Counted from the stretch's first letter, positions 39,233-49,217 are shown. The stretch is DNA of 64,000 bases from Phycisphaerae bacterium (GCA_963666835.2 CAXXGO010000001.1:2080001-2144000), one strand, 5' to 3'. Program-made: numbers and translations. Notes: generated by a model from the sequence alone, not told the origin.

Positions 39233-41062
39233 CTACTGGCTGAGTAACTGCGCCAACTGTGCCGCCAGCGATAAATCAAGAGTCTCCAAGCGGCGGCGAA
39301 CGGACTCCGCTTCGGTGGTCATTCCCGCTTGGTAGTATGAGCCGCCTAGGTTGTACCACGCCATCGCGAAGGTCGGGGAAGCTTCGGTCGCGCGCCGGAA
39401 GGCAGCGATGGCCTCGTGAACCCGCCCGGCCTGAATCAGGGCCGACCCGAGACTGTTCTGGATCTCGGCATCGTCCGGCTGCAGGCGAGCGGCTTGCGAG
39501 AGCGAGGTTACGGCCTCTTCGAACTCGCCGAAGGCAAGCGCGATCATCCCCAGATTGAGGTGAGCAGCGGTAACCGATGGGTCCAGGCGGACCACGCCGG
39601 CGAACCCGCGTCTTGCCTCCGATAGGTTGCCTGCGCGTTGTAGCTCCAGAGATTCGTTGTAGTAGAATTGGATGAACGTCTCGCTGGGCTCCACTGATGC
39701 CTTCGATGCAACGCCGACGCCCTCCGCGACCGCCGCCGCAGTAATACCAATGGCCAACGAGCTTAGCCCGCTGAAGTTGCGTCCGAGCGATCGAGCCGAA
39801 CGTGTCGGCCGGTCGAACCGGTGACAAAGCCAAAACGCACCGAACAGAGCGGGCAGAAACAGCGAGATGAGGAAGCGGTCCCCGTACGCGATTTGCGCAT
39901 ACCAAGCATAACTCGCCAAGTACCCGCCAAAGAACATTGCGCAGAATAACGCTGCAATCCAGCCTTCCAGCGGGATTGACCTCAGTTGCCGATGGTGCTT
40001 CAGCCCGATAGCGCCACAGAACACCACGACGACCAGAAGGTACTTCGCGTACGGCCCGTGCCATGCAAGATGGCCCAGAGCACAGAGCCCGTTCCATGCG
40101 CGTTGGGCAATCTGTTGGGTACTGTGCCTGCGCCAGTAGTTGCCCGGACTCGGAATCCGCTCGGGCGGCGCGTCCGTTGGGTATCGATCACTTATCTGGT
40201 AGGTGTCGGCAAACGCTTTGGCTTCGCTCCAGCTATCGCACCACATGAAGAACGTCGAGTTCACGTTGTAGAAATACCGTCCGAAGCGAGTGCGGTTGTG
40301 GTTCAGGTATGGGTAGGCGATCGCCGCAGACACGAACACGACCACCACGGTGGACAAGAGTACGTCAGTCCCGCGTCCGCCCGTGCCGTCGGCTGGATTC
40401 TCCCCCGTTACGCGCCGCGGTCGGATAATCAACACCAAATGCACGACCGAGGCCGCGAGAAACGCTGACAGAGTGGCGGCACCGGATGCCTTCGCGAGAA
40501 AAGTCAGCCCGAGCGTTGCGCCGGCGGCGGCGGCCCACGCAATGGACGGGCGGAGGATTACGCGGCAAAGCAACACCCAGGACACCAGCAGCAGGCCGTA
40601 GTAGAGGAGCTCCACCTGCACGAAAGACGCTTTGTAGATGAACACGGTGCTCATCGCCACGATCGTAAAGGCGGTGGCTGACCACGCAGGGAGGCTTGCG
40701 TAGGCCAAACCGCCGATTCCAATGAGAATCAGTACCGACAATACGATCGAGAACCACGCGGCGCGTTCGACGAAGGTCTCCCAATCGTCGTCGTGAAACA
40801 CAGAGAGCATCGCGGGCAAAAGGGGCATCCGGTTGCGGTCGCCGAGATACGGTGCTTGTCCGTTCCGGGCAAGGCCCGAGGCGTATACCAGGTAGGGGTA
40901 TTGCCCGCCGGCGGTAGCGCTGAGGTTCAACACGCTGTTCTGGTGCCGGGCGGTTTGGACGTACCAGACCGCCATCAGCACCCACAGCAACAGCAACATC
41001 CCGAGCCCCAGCCGGCTGAGGGTCGTTCCGGAAGGTCTGCACTTGCTTGCCACGCTGGTCAT
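39233..41062 (-). CDS. ArnT-like membrane glycosyltransferase with C-terminal TPRs
   Basis: Multi-TM, NRMPL.P, ELLYY, LAKAS; TPR repeats AHLNLG, IQNSLG, AWYNLG. Confidence 0.75.
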   Translation of the reverse strand: MTSVASKCRPSGTTLSRLGLGMLLLLWVLMAVWYVQTARHQNSVLNLSATAGGQYPYLVYASGLARNGQAPYLGDRNRMPLLPAMLSVFHDDDWETFVERAAWFSIVLSVLILIGIGGLAYASLPAWSATAFTIVAMSTVFIYKASFVQVELLYYGLLLVSWVLLCRVILRPSIAWAAAAGATLGLTFLAKASGAATLSAFLAASVVHLVLIIRPRRVTGENPADGTGGRGTDVLLSTVVVVFVSAAIAYPYLNHNRTRFGRYFYNVNSTFFMWCDSWSEAKAFADTYQISDRYPTDAPPERIPSPGNYWRRHSTQQIAQRAWNGLCALGHLAWHGPYAKYLLVVVVFCGAIGLKHHRQLRSIPLEGWIAALFCAMFFGGYLASYAWYAQIAYGDRFLISLFLPALFGAFWLCHRFDRPTRSARSLGRNFSGLSSLAIGITAAAVAEGVGVASKASVEPSETFIQFYYNESLELQRAGNLSEARRGFAGVVRLDPSVTAAHLNLGMIALAFGEFEEAVTSLSQAARLQPDDAEIQNSLGSALIQAGRVHEAIAAFRRATEASPTFAMAWYNLGGSYYQAGMTTEAESVRRRLETLDLSLAAQLAQLLSQ

Positions 41063-41257
41063 CGGGGACTGATGCTACCGTCCATCGACGAAGCCGACCA
41101 GACGCAGGCATCAAGTTCCGGCCGAGCCGCGCGACGACCACGGCTGGCGTATTGCGGTTGTCCCTTGCGGTCGACCTGGGTACTCTAACGGAAAGTGCAG
41201 TGCGGCCGGGGTCGGCTCGGCGCGTACAGATCGGCGGTGCGGGTAGGAGAACACTTG

Positions 41258-41689
41258 ATGAAAGCGCTAATGGTAGCGGTGTTTATGGGGGCCTTGTTGC
41301 TGGCCGCGGCGTATTATCTTTGTGGCTTTCACACGTTCGACGCCACGCAACAGGGAAAGGACGCCCGCGCTTCGATCGGCCCGGGGATGACCTGGGAGCA
41401 GGTGTTCGACCTTATCGGCGACCCGCGCGAGTATCAGCCGATTATGAAGACGACGAAACGCTTCGGCCCGGATAGCTATGACATTTTCAAGCCCGGCCCT
41501 CGCAACAAGTTCAGCCGCAAGGGCGTGTCCGCTCGTCTGGAAGAGGATAGCCTCCCCAACGGATTCCTCTGCACTTTCACGTACTCGAGCTCGGAGGCCT
41601 TTACGATTCACTTCGACGGGACCGGTACGGTGACGGGAGTGGCAGATGCGATCACCATGGCGGATCTGCTGCAATACGACCGGGATTGA
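41258..41689 (+). CDS. Membrane-anchored SmpA-like small protein
   Basis: RBS AGGAG, N-terminal TM, IGPGMTWEQVFDLIGDP..IHFDGTGTV. Confidence 0.65.
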   Translation: MKALMVAVFMGALLLAAAYYLCGFHTFDATQQGKDARASIGPGMTWEQVFDLIGDPREYQPIMKTTKRFGPDSYDIFKPGPRNKFSRKGVSARLEEDSLPNGFLCTFTYSSSEAFTIHFDGTGTVTGVADAITMADLLQYDRD

Positions 41690-41736
41690 CGGAGCGGCGG
41701 TCTCGGTTCTTTCGCACCTGAGGAAGCGAAACTTGC

Positions 41737-42057
41737 TTAGTCGGTCGTCGTCCCGAACTTGATCGTGGTATCGCTCAGTGAGCTGAGGAACCCGATGGCG
41801 TTCTCGTTGATGTACTCTTCGGCGGTGCTGCCGTTTAGGAATTGCTGTTGATTGTCCACGAACAAGGCAGCACAAGTGCTGAATCCCTGCCCGCCGCATG
41901 CACTCAGATCCCATCCTCCGACGCTCGATATCATCCCCGCCGGGATCTGCAGGGACGACCCCAGGCTCAGGGTGCAGCCGGTAAGGAGGACCGCGGCAGT
42001 CGCCGCCGCGATCGTCAAGCCGAAACGCTGTTTCGATTGGGCTACCTTCCGTTTCAT
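41737..42057 (-). CDS. Small lipoprotein
   Basis: Basic N-terminus, hydrophobic stretch, LTGC lipobox. Confidence 0.65.
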   Translation of the reverse strand: MKRKVAQSKQRFGLTIAAATAAVLLTGCTLSLGSSLQIPAGMISSVGGWDLSACGGQGFSTCAALFVDNQQQFLNGSTAEEYINENAIGFLSSLSDTTIKFGTTTD

Positions 42058-42317
42058 CACATCCCCCGAAGACGGAGCGTGGGCGTTCTCTCGTGGATCC
42101 TCATGTTCAACGTTCAATACAGAGCGGGGGCAGTCAAAGCGTCCGACGGAAGACCCCGGCGACGGACGCACGCCGGCGAGTTATCGCCCGTTACGCAGTC
42201 TTGCCGTGAGGTTCTGACCGCCGTTGACATGGGAATACGCTTGATGTATGAAGTGAAAATGGCGTTTATCTTTCCGTTTCTTTGCGTCTTATCAGTATCG
42301 CATTAGGAGGAGTGGCC

Positions 42318-44012
42318 ATGGCTGGGTCGGGTTCGGGGAACATGAGCATACGTTGCGAGTGTGGAGCTACTTTGGGAGTTAACGCGTCGGCTATCGGGCG
42401 CCAGGCCAAGTGTCCGGCTTGCGGCGTTGTTTTTGTGATCGAGGCGCCGGACGCGGTACTGCCGATCGGGGACGATTCTGTTTCTCTGCTAGACGACTTG
42501 GCGGCGATGGAACAGTCCAGTGAGAAGATCGAGGAGCAGGGGACCGGGAACCTGAAGACAACCTGTCCGGCATGCTCCACCGTGATGGCGGCCGATGCGA
42601 ATATCTGCGTCTCGTGCGGCTACGACATGCGAACCGGTGCAAGCCATAAGGCGGTTAATGCCAAGAGGGCCGCCGCCGCCGATGCCACACGACGGCTAGG
42701 CCGCAGAGCACGCTCGTTTGCCTTCGGATGCGCTCTCAGTGCCGCCGGCGCGTTGATCGGCGCGGCGATCTGGTGTGTCATAGCAATCGTGGCGAACTAT
42801 GAAATCGGTTTTATTGCTTGTGGGCTGGGGGCTCTTGCCGGACTCGGCATGGTCAAGGGATGCGGCGAGGAAAGTGTCAAGGCTGGAGTGACTGCAGCCG
42901 CGTTCGCGGTTGTTGGTATCCTGGCGGCGAAGCTGATGATCTTCCTGACCGTCAATTACGCCGAGCTGCAGGAGGCGCAGGCGGCAATTAACTCGATCAG
43001 TCCGGAGGACGAGACGGCGCGCAGCGAGTTGGCCGCTCATCGCACTGATTTGGAGATACTGTCACGAGGGTTACACAGCGATGACGACTCCCGCCTTGCC
43101 ATCTATGAGAGAGAGTCGGATGCGATCGACGTTCTCTCGGATGAAGAGTTGAACAGCGCTCTTGAAGAGATGAAGGCGTGGGAAGCCGGCGGAAAATGTG
43201 AAGACCCTGCGTTTGTTCGGAAGTACCTGATTTCAGACCGGGCGGAGCAACTCTGGACGGAATCGCTGGCTGCCGACGGGAAGGATCCGGAGTTGGAGTA
43301 CAAAGCCCCACGACGTCGGGATTGGCGAAAGGTCTACAAAACCGCTGAGACTGAAGTCGAAGAGATGACCCCCGACGAGCAGCTCGCAGGGTGCAAACAG
43401 ATTGAAGCCGACAAGAAGCTGCAGGGTGAGGTTGATAGGCTGGCGACGCAGCGGGCGGTGAATCGGCTCGTTGAGAGCAAGAGGCCTCTATTCGGCAGTG
43501 AACACGACGCTGCCTTCATAGAGGAACAAGCCGTCTGCCGGGCGTTGTCGGATGAGGAGTTGGCAACCGCCTTGGTAGAGCTTGATGCCTGGGAGGCCGA
43601 GGGCAAATGGCAGGACTCTGTGTACCTCCGCAACAAGCTCATCTATGCACAGGTCGACAAGAAGGTGATGGAAGCGTACTTCGAGAACCTGGAGGCGTCC
43701 GACGAGGAAGCCGGAGACTACGATGAATGGCTGGACGGGAATTGGGATCAGGTGTATGCGGAAGCTGAGGCGGAGATTGCCCGGGTTCCTGAGGACGAAC
43801 TCCTCCCACGCGCCAAGGGGATCGAGGAGGAGCAAAAACGTCGTCAGGACGCAGCTTACGCGCGCATGCGCCGCGCTGCCTCCAAAGCGTTCGCCGGTGA
43901 TGTTCTCTCGTTTATCGTCGAGAACTACTTCGGGGCTATGGACCTTCTGTTCATAGCTTTTGCAGTATTGGCCGCCTACAATATTGGCACAGGGTCGAGC
44001 GAAACGGAGTGA
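42318..44012 (+). CDS. Zinc-ribbon membrane protein with an internal 137-aa duplicated domain
   Basis: RBS AGGAGG; CECG/CPAC and CPAC/CVSC ribbons, TM block, two LSDEEL..AL..WEA.GK repeats, C-terminal TM. Confidence 0.8.
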   Translation: MAGSGSGNMSIRCECGATLGVNASAIGRQAKCPACGVVFVIEAPDAVLPIGDDSVSLLDDLAAMEQSSEKIEEQGTGNLKTTCPACSTVMAADANICVSCGYDMRTGASHKAVNAKRAAAADATRRLGRRARSFAFGCALSAAGALIGAAIWCVIAIVANYEIGFIACGLGALAGLGMVKGCGEESVKAGVTAAAFAVVGILAAKLMIFLTVNYAELQEAQAAINSISPEDETARSELAAHRTDLEILSRGLHSDDDSRLAIYERESDAIDVLSDEELNSALEEMKAWEAGGKCEDPAFVRKYLISDRAEQLWTESLAADGKDPELEYKAPRRRDWRKVYKTAETEVEEMTPDEQLAGCKQIEADKKLQGEVDRLATQRAVNRLVESKRPLFGSEHDAAFIEEQAVCRALSDEELATALVELDAWEAEGKWQDSVYLRNKLIYAQVDKKVMEAYFENLEASDEEAGDYDEWLDGNWDQVYAEAEAEIARVPEDELLPRAKGIEEEQKRRQDAAYARMRRAASKAFAGDVLSFIVENYFGAMDLLFIAFAVLAAYNIGTGSSETE

Positions 44013-44060
44013 TCGCAGCGTCGTCTGCCATGCGAGTATAGGTCTTGGGGAGAGCGTACG

Positions 44061-44864
44061 ATGAAGTTCTGGCGGATCCGGAGTCCTGATTATGGCTCCG
44101 ACTACGAGGACTCCTTCATAAATGGCTCACTCGAGCATCCCTATGCTTTGCCCGGTGTCAAATGCGATGTCTGTGACGCCACCTGGGGCGGGGGCAGGAT
44201 TCTATCCGTCGATTGTCCGGATGATCTTCGCAGCCACAAGAACGTCACTAGCGGATGGCCGGTCTCACGGGGGGAACATGAAGCCCTGCAAAGACGTTTT
44301 ATGACCGCCCTTGCCCTTCAGGGTGAGCCGTTTAAGGTGCTTCGCCCCGGTGACGAATTCCAGCCGTGCTATCTTAACGTACCTTCGCGTCCTCGCGCCG
44401 GTTTTCTCTGGCCCAGCCTTGGTGGCCTTGTGGTCTCAGAGCGGATCAGGAACTGCCTTGTCGGCTTCTGTTCCGGCGAAATAGCCGTTTGCCCGGTGAC
44501 GCTCCGCAAAACCGGGAAACGAGAAGCGACCCTGCCGCCCCCGATCCCGTCCACAGGTGAGCCGGAGGACATGATGGATGAGGTGCCCATCCGCAACATA
44601 ACGTCCGACATCGGCCCGTACTTCGAAGTTGTGATCCTCAAGGAGTCAGGGTACCCGCGAGGGGGCACGCCTACCGGTTTTTGCAGCGGGTGCGGCCGCC
44701 CCGAGTTAGACCGTTCCGCCAGGGAGCTGCGTATGAAGCCGGAAATGTGGCGAGGAGACCGCATGTTCTTTCTTGCGACCACGTTGTATGTGGTGGTCAC
44801 GGATGATCTGAAAGAGCGGTTATCGAAGCTCTGCCCCACAAACGTTGTCTTCGAGAGAATATGA
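44061..44864 (+). CDS. Double-CXXCG motif protein (myxobacterial SitI6-like immunity family)
   Basis: LPGVKCDVCDATW, LRPG, FLWP..LVVSER, CSGCGR and F..TTLYVVVTD. Confidence 0.65.
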   Translation: MKFWRIRSPDYGSDYEDSFINGSLEHPYALPGVKCDVCDATWGGGRILSVDCPDDLRSHKNVTSGWPVSRGEHEALQRRFMTALALQGEPFKVLRPGDEFQPCYLNVPSRPRAGFLWPSLGGLVVSERIRNCLVGFCSGEIAVCPVTLRKTGKREATLPPPIPSTGEPEDMMDEVPIRNITSDIGPYFEVVILKESGYPRGGTPTGFCSGCGRPELDRSARELRMKPEMWRGDRMFFLATTLYVVVTDDLKERLSKLCPTNVVFERI

Positions 44865-44940
44865 TGAAGAACGCGGCATGGGCAGGAGTATGATACAGTA
44901 ATGTTATCATGGGCGGTTTCGCGCGAGCGACGATCCCGAA

Positions 44941-46260
44941 TCAGCCCAGATCAAAGGCCAGCAGGTTCTTGCGGTCCCGAACGTACAGGGTCTTGCCCAC
45001 CAGGGTCGGCGGGGTGTGCAGGGGGCCGGACCAGCCGGGGAGGTTCCAACTGGATTGAACCGCAAGACCATCAGCGGACGCCTTGGCCAACACTAGCTGC
45101 CCCTTCTCGTCCAGGAGGATGACCTTCCCGTCGGCGTGAAGCAGCATGGACTCCGCGAAGCCCCGCTCCACCCACAAGCGTTCTCCAGTTCGCGGATCCG
45201 CGCCGAGGATATGGGTGGAAGCCTGGCCGCCTTTGGGAGCCACGAGGATGTCATCCGCCCAGATCGGGGCGGACACATGTACGTTGAGTTTCTTGTTGAC
45301 CCAAACGTCCTCGGTGGTCACCTTCCCGTTCTTCTGGATAAGACGCATCAGCCGTCCTTGGGAAGTGCTCAGGTATAGCAACAGGTCCTTCCCATCCCAC
45401 AAGGGTGTCATGACATGTCCGCCGTCTTTCGCCAGTTCGCGCTTCCACAGGACTTCGCCGCTTCCCGGATCGATACCCGCGATTCCGAACCGAGGCATGA
45501 CGATTAAATGGTCCCGTCCGGCGAAGTTGATCAGAATGGGTGACGTGTACTTGGTTCGGAAGTTCTGGCTTTTCCACTTCACCGCGCCGGTGGCCACGTC
45601 GACCGCAATGAGGGAGGCCTTGTCCTCGTCGGGGACGGCCGCGGCGATTTCCAACATCGGGTCCGTACGCGGGCGGCTGTCAAACCGTCGCGCGCCGACC
45701 ATTGTGATTACCGTGTCTCGATAGGCGATCGGGCTGCTGGAGAACCCCCACACGGGCACGACTGCGCCGAACTCTGCCACCAGGTCGTGTTGCCAGAGGA
45801 TCTTGCCGGAGGTCTTCTCGTAGCATCGCATTACGGCGTTGCGTCCGATGGTGACGACCCGGTCCGCCAGAACAAGCGGGGTAGCGTTCGGGCCCGGAAA
45901 CATCCGCTCGTCCACCGGTGTTGGCGACTCGTGCTTCTGCTCCCACAGGGTCTTACCCGTGCTTGCGTCGAGCGCAATGGTGTATTCTTGTTGATCCGCC
46001 TGGTTCTTGCGATACATCGTGAAAAGGACGCCGTCGTCGACGGACACCGGCGAGAAGCCTTCCCCGAGCGGCACTTTCCAGAGCATGTTCGGTCCGCCCT
46101 CAGGCCAGGCATCCGCCAACCCTTTGGAGGGAACCTTGAAGTCGCGGGTCGGCCCGCCGAACTGAGGCCACTGCGCCGTAGCGTCCTTTGCGACTATCGC
46201 CGTGAGCAGAGCTGCGAAACCGAGTACGACTCCGTTAATGCGATTTACTGCCGAACGCAT
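44941..46260 (-). CDS. PQQ-like beta-propeller (BamB-like) secreted protein
   Basis: QWPQFGGPTRD, W...GP..LWK, repeated A.D..TG..LW and C-terminal LYVRD. Confidence 0.88.
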   Translation of the reverse strand: MRSAVNRINGVVLGFAALLTAIVAKDATAQWPQFGGPTRDFKVPSKGLADAWPEGGPNMLWKVPLGEGFSPVSVDDGVLFTMYRKNQADQQEYTIALDASTGKTLWEQKHESPTPVDERMFPGPNATPLVLADRVVTIGRNAVMRCYEKTSGKILWQHDLVAEFGAVVPVWGFSSSPIAYRDTVITMVGARRFDSRPRTDPMLEIAAAVPDEDKASLIAVDVATGAVKWKSQNFRTKYTSPILINFAGRDHLIVMPRFGIAGIDPGSGEVLWKRELAKDGGHVMTPLWDGKDLLLYLSTSQGRLMRLIQKNGKVTTEDVWVNKKLNVHVSAPIWADDILVAPKGGQASTHILGADPRTGERLWVERGFAESMLLHADGKVILLDEKGQLVLAKASADGLAVQSSWNLPGWSGPLHTPPTLVGKTLYVRDRKNLLAFDLG

Positions 46261-46533
46261 GGCACCTTTTCCTTGTGATGGCTGGTAAGGACCCCTTAAC
46301 GCAAACCGGGCTATGCTCCGAGCCCTGCAGCGTCGGCATTATAACGCAAGCCGAACGACCGCCTCGCTCTGCACTCGCAGCATTGACAAGTTCGTACACG
46401 GCTTGACGACATTACGAACGAAGCATGCGTAGAGCGGACGACGGTCACCGTCAGATCTTGTCAGCCGCGTCAAGAGGGAAGACTTGCCGCACTTCGTCAA
46501 TGTACGAGTGATCAACGCGGTGACCATCGGGAA

Positions 46534-46558
46534 GAAGGCCGGCACACCGGCCTCTTTT
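46534..46558 (+). terminator. Rho-independent terminator-like hairpin
   Basis: AGGCCGG-CACA-CCGGCCT followed by CTTTT. Confidence 0.5.
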
Positions 46559-46635
46559 GCCCCGACCGCCTTGGCGATCTAAGATACGTCCTTACGTAAC
46601 AAGGAACGCGGCACCGTAAGACAGGAGATCCACCC

Positions 46636-46818
46636 GTGAGTGTGAAGCTTGCATCCAAGCCCGCCGACTATGATCCGCTCTGCCCGCATTGCGAGAAGAA
46701 GATCCAAGAGGTCCACTGGCGCCAGATCGAAGCGATAAACGCCGAGTACATGTTCATATGCCCAAACTGCAAGAAAGTCATCGGCGTGGGCGTGCGCAAG
46801 ACGGCTTGGATCAACTAG
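46636..46818 (+). CDS. Small zinc-finger protein (60 aa)
   Basis: RBS AGGAG; CPHC..CPNC..IGV. Confidence 0.75.
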   Translation: MSVKLASKPADYDPLCPHCEKKIQEVHWRQIEAINAEYMFICPNCKKVIGVGVRKTAWIN

Positions 46819-46860
46819 GTTTGCCGGCGTGGCGCAAGTGTCTTGTGGCACGTAGCGGTT

Positions 46861-46939
46861 CGGCTCGAATCCACAACGTGTCCTGGGCACTGCTCAAGAG
46901 CAGTGGCACACCCGAGAGCCGGCGGGCAACCTGGCACTA
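46861..46939 (-). repeat. REP/MITE-like repeat copy 4 (inverted)
   Basis: Minus strand TAGTGC..CTCGGGTGTGCCACTGCTCTTGAGCAGTGC..TGTGGATT. Confidence 0.8.
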
Positions 46940-46989
46940 GTTTCATAGGTATCAGACACTCTCGCCGTGCCGGCTGATGCTCCAACGCG

Positions 46990-47586
46990 TCAGCCTGATG
47001 CATTTGCTTCGGGCAATGTTCGCACAGGCTGAGATTCTCCGACAGGCGGGGAATCGAGCCGCCCGGCGATCACGGTCGTTAGCACAATTGCGGCCAGCAC
47101 GAAGGCGACCCCCAGTTTGGCCACGGTTCCGAGGACGAAGCCCACGGCCGAGAACACCCCGACCCGCGTTCCCTGGACCAGCTCGCGCTTCACGGACAAT
47201 TCTCCGATCATCGCTCCGCCGAAACAGCCCACCAACGCCCCGACCATCGTTCCGACAACCGGGATCGGGACCAGGAAGGACAGCATCAGCATCCCCAGGA
47301 ACCCCCCGATGAGGCCTCCCCAGGCGGCTCTACCGCTGGCGCCCGCCCGCCGCGCCGTAAACACCGACATGAGCATCTCGAGCACCTCACCCACGACGGC
47401 GATGCCGACGAGAATTGCGATCAGCCACGCGCCAACGTCTTCCCACTCGGTCATCCAGCCGTAGAGCAATGCCTCGGCGACGATCAGCCAATTCCCCGGC
47501 AGTCGCACCGTTGTCAGCAACACGCCGACCATGCACCCCAGCAACCACGGCAACACGGCCAGCGAATCCGAGGCGATTTCCAACAC
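46990..47586 (-). CDS. DUF456-family membrane protein
   Basis: LPGNWLI, RRAGAS..WGGLIGG, P..G.MVGA..G.F.GA..GE and G..AK motifs. Confidence 0.8.
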   Translation of the reverse strand: MLEIASDSLAVLPWLLGCMVGVLLTTVRLPGNWLIVAEALLYGWMTEWEDVGAWLIAILVGIAVVGEVLEMLMSVFTARRAGASGRAAWGGLIGGFLGMLMLSFLVPIPVVGTMVGALVGCFGGAMIGELSVKRELVQGTRVGVFSAVGFVLGTVAKLGVAFVLAAIVLTTVIAGRLDSPPVGESQPVRTLPEANASG

Positions 47587-47796
47587 GGCGACTCCTCCAT
47601 TAGACGCCCAAAGACGACCTCACCAGCGCTGTATTCGCGCTCGCGTCCGATAGATTCGCGGAATTCGGGGCACCGTACAACCGCGCATCGGCAATATGCC
47701 CGCTGCCGATCCGCATGGTGTATCGACGAGCGGGGGCGTAGTCGCGTAGAATCACCGCTGGACGCTCGATCTCGCATAGTCGAGGGCCTGAGAAGT

Positions 47797-48138
47797 ATGC
47801 TCCGTCGAAAAAGCCATGTTGTTTTGTTCGCCCTGGGCACGGTCCTCTGGGTCGGCCTTCCGGGAGCGTACGCGTATCGTGAAGTGGGCGGCGACCCCGC
47901 GACGAATATCGATTGGGCAGCCGCCCAAACCAACGAAGATGTCCCGGTTGATCCCGTGGTCGAGGAGCCGATAAGGCCGCTATTCCCGGATGACACGTGC
48001 ACGGCCGATCTGGTCGGGCAGGACCCTCGGTGTGGTGCTGTGGATCTCGTGATTCCGTCATTGACACTGGTTGCACTCTTGTTGGCGCCGGGTCTGGCGC
48101 CTGCCTGGCGGTGGCGCCGGCCACTGGAATCCCGGTGA
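47797..48138 (+). CDS. Small secreted protein with CG-TM-basic tail
   Basis: AYA signal site; C-terminus RCGAVDLVIPSLTLVALLLAPGLAPAWRWRR. Confidence 0.6.
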   Translation: MLRRKSHVVLFALGTVLWVGLPGAYAYREVGGDPATNIDWAAAQTNEDVPVDPVVEEPIRPLFPDDTCTADLVGQDPRCGAVDLVIPSLTLVALLLAPGLAPAWRWRRPLESR

Positions 48139-48248
48139 TCTTAAAAACAGTGGGCATGATGTATGATGCGCGGGCGTGCCGATGACCTAGGTGGGCGGCG
48201 GGGGCTTTATCCGAGCCGCCGGACCACGACGCCCGGGGAGGTTATGCC

Positions 48249-49124
48249 ATGCGTATTCGTGAGCCGGTTGTTGAAGGACAGTTCTACCCGGCCGGTGCAA
48301 ACGATTGCCGGAAAGCGATAGAGGAGCTTCTCGCCGCGCTCCCCGAGCCTGAGGACTCAGCGGCCCGGTTTGTCGGCGGGATCGTCCCGCATGCCGGTTG
48401 GGTGTACAGCGGACGCGCGGCCGCCCGCGTTTTTCGGGTGCTGGCAACCGGCCGCACGCCGACAAGCGTTGTGCTGTTTGGTGGAGCTCATCGCGGACGC
48501 TCGGCAGATGCGGCCATCTTCGCCGACGGGCGGTGGGATACACCGTTGGGATCGATTGACGTTGATGCCCGACTGGCCGACCGCATTCAGGGGCAGTCCA
48601 ACCTGTTCCGTGATGATCCGTTTGCCCATGAGGCCGAGCACTCTATCGAGGTGCAATTGCCGATGGTCCGGCATCTTCTCCCCGAGGCAAAGATCGTCCC
48701 GATTATCGTGCCGCCCGGTCCCCACTCCGTTGAAGTTGGTGAAGCCATTGGCCGGACCCTGACGACGTACGAATACGATGCTCTCGTGGTGGGCACTACG
48801 GATCTTACGCACTACGGCCCGAGCTACGGGTTCATGCCGAAGGGAATAGGGGCAAAGGGGAATGCGTGGGCGAAGAACGAGAACGACCGGCGGATGATAG
48901 AGCTTATCTGCGCCTTGCGCGGTGATGAAATCGTGGTAGAGGCTCTCGGGCATCAAAACGCCTGCAGCAGCGGAGCGGTGGCCGCGACCATCGGTGCCGT
49001 TCGAGTGCTGGGAGCCGAACGCGGTGAACTGCTCGAGCACACCGTCAGTAGCGAGGTGATGCCGGGGAATGCCCCCGGTGACGTGGCGGACTCGGTGGGA
49101 TATGCCGGGTTGGTCTTTTCGTAG
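48249..49124 (+). CDS. amrB: AmmeMemoRadiSam system protein B (MEMO1 family)
   Basis: R.P.V.GQFYP, PHAGWVYSG, TPLG, EHSIEVQLP, DLTHYG and SVGYA. Confidence 0.9.
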   Translation: MRIREPVVEGQFYPAGANDCRKAIEELLAALPEPEDSAARFVGGIVPHAGWVYSGRAAARVFRVLATGRTPTSVVLFGGAHRGRSADAAIFADGRWDTPLGSIDVDARLADRIQGQSNLFRDDPFAHEAEHSIEVQLPMVRHLLPEAKIVPIIVPPGPHSVEVGEAIGRTLTTYEYDALVVGTTDLTHYGPSYGFMPKGIGAKGNAWAKNENDRRMIELICALRGDEIVVEALGHQNACSSGAVAATIGAVRVLGAERGELLEHTVSSEVMPGNAPGDVADSVGYAGLVFS

Positions 49125-49217
49125 AGGTCCCGGGTTGGGCCGCCGGGCGCGTGGCACAACCGAATCGCGGCCCGTGCCAGTGGTGAATCGAACCGGTGAA
49201 GGGACGACGGGATTCTG

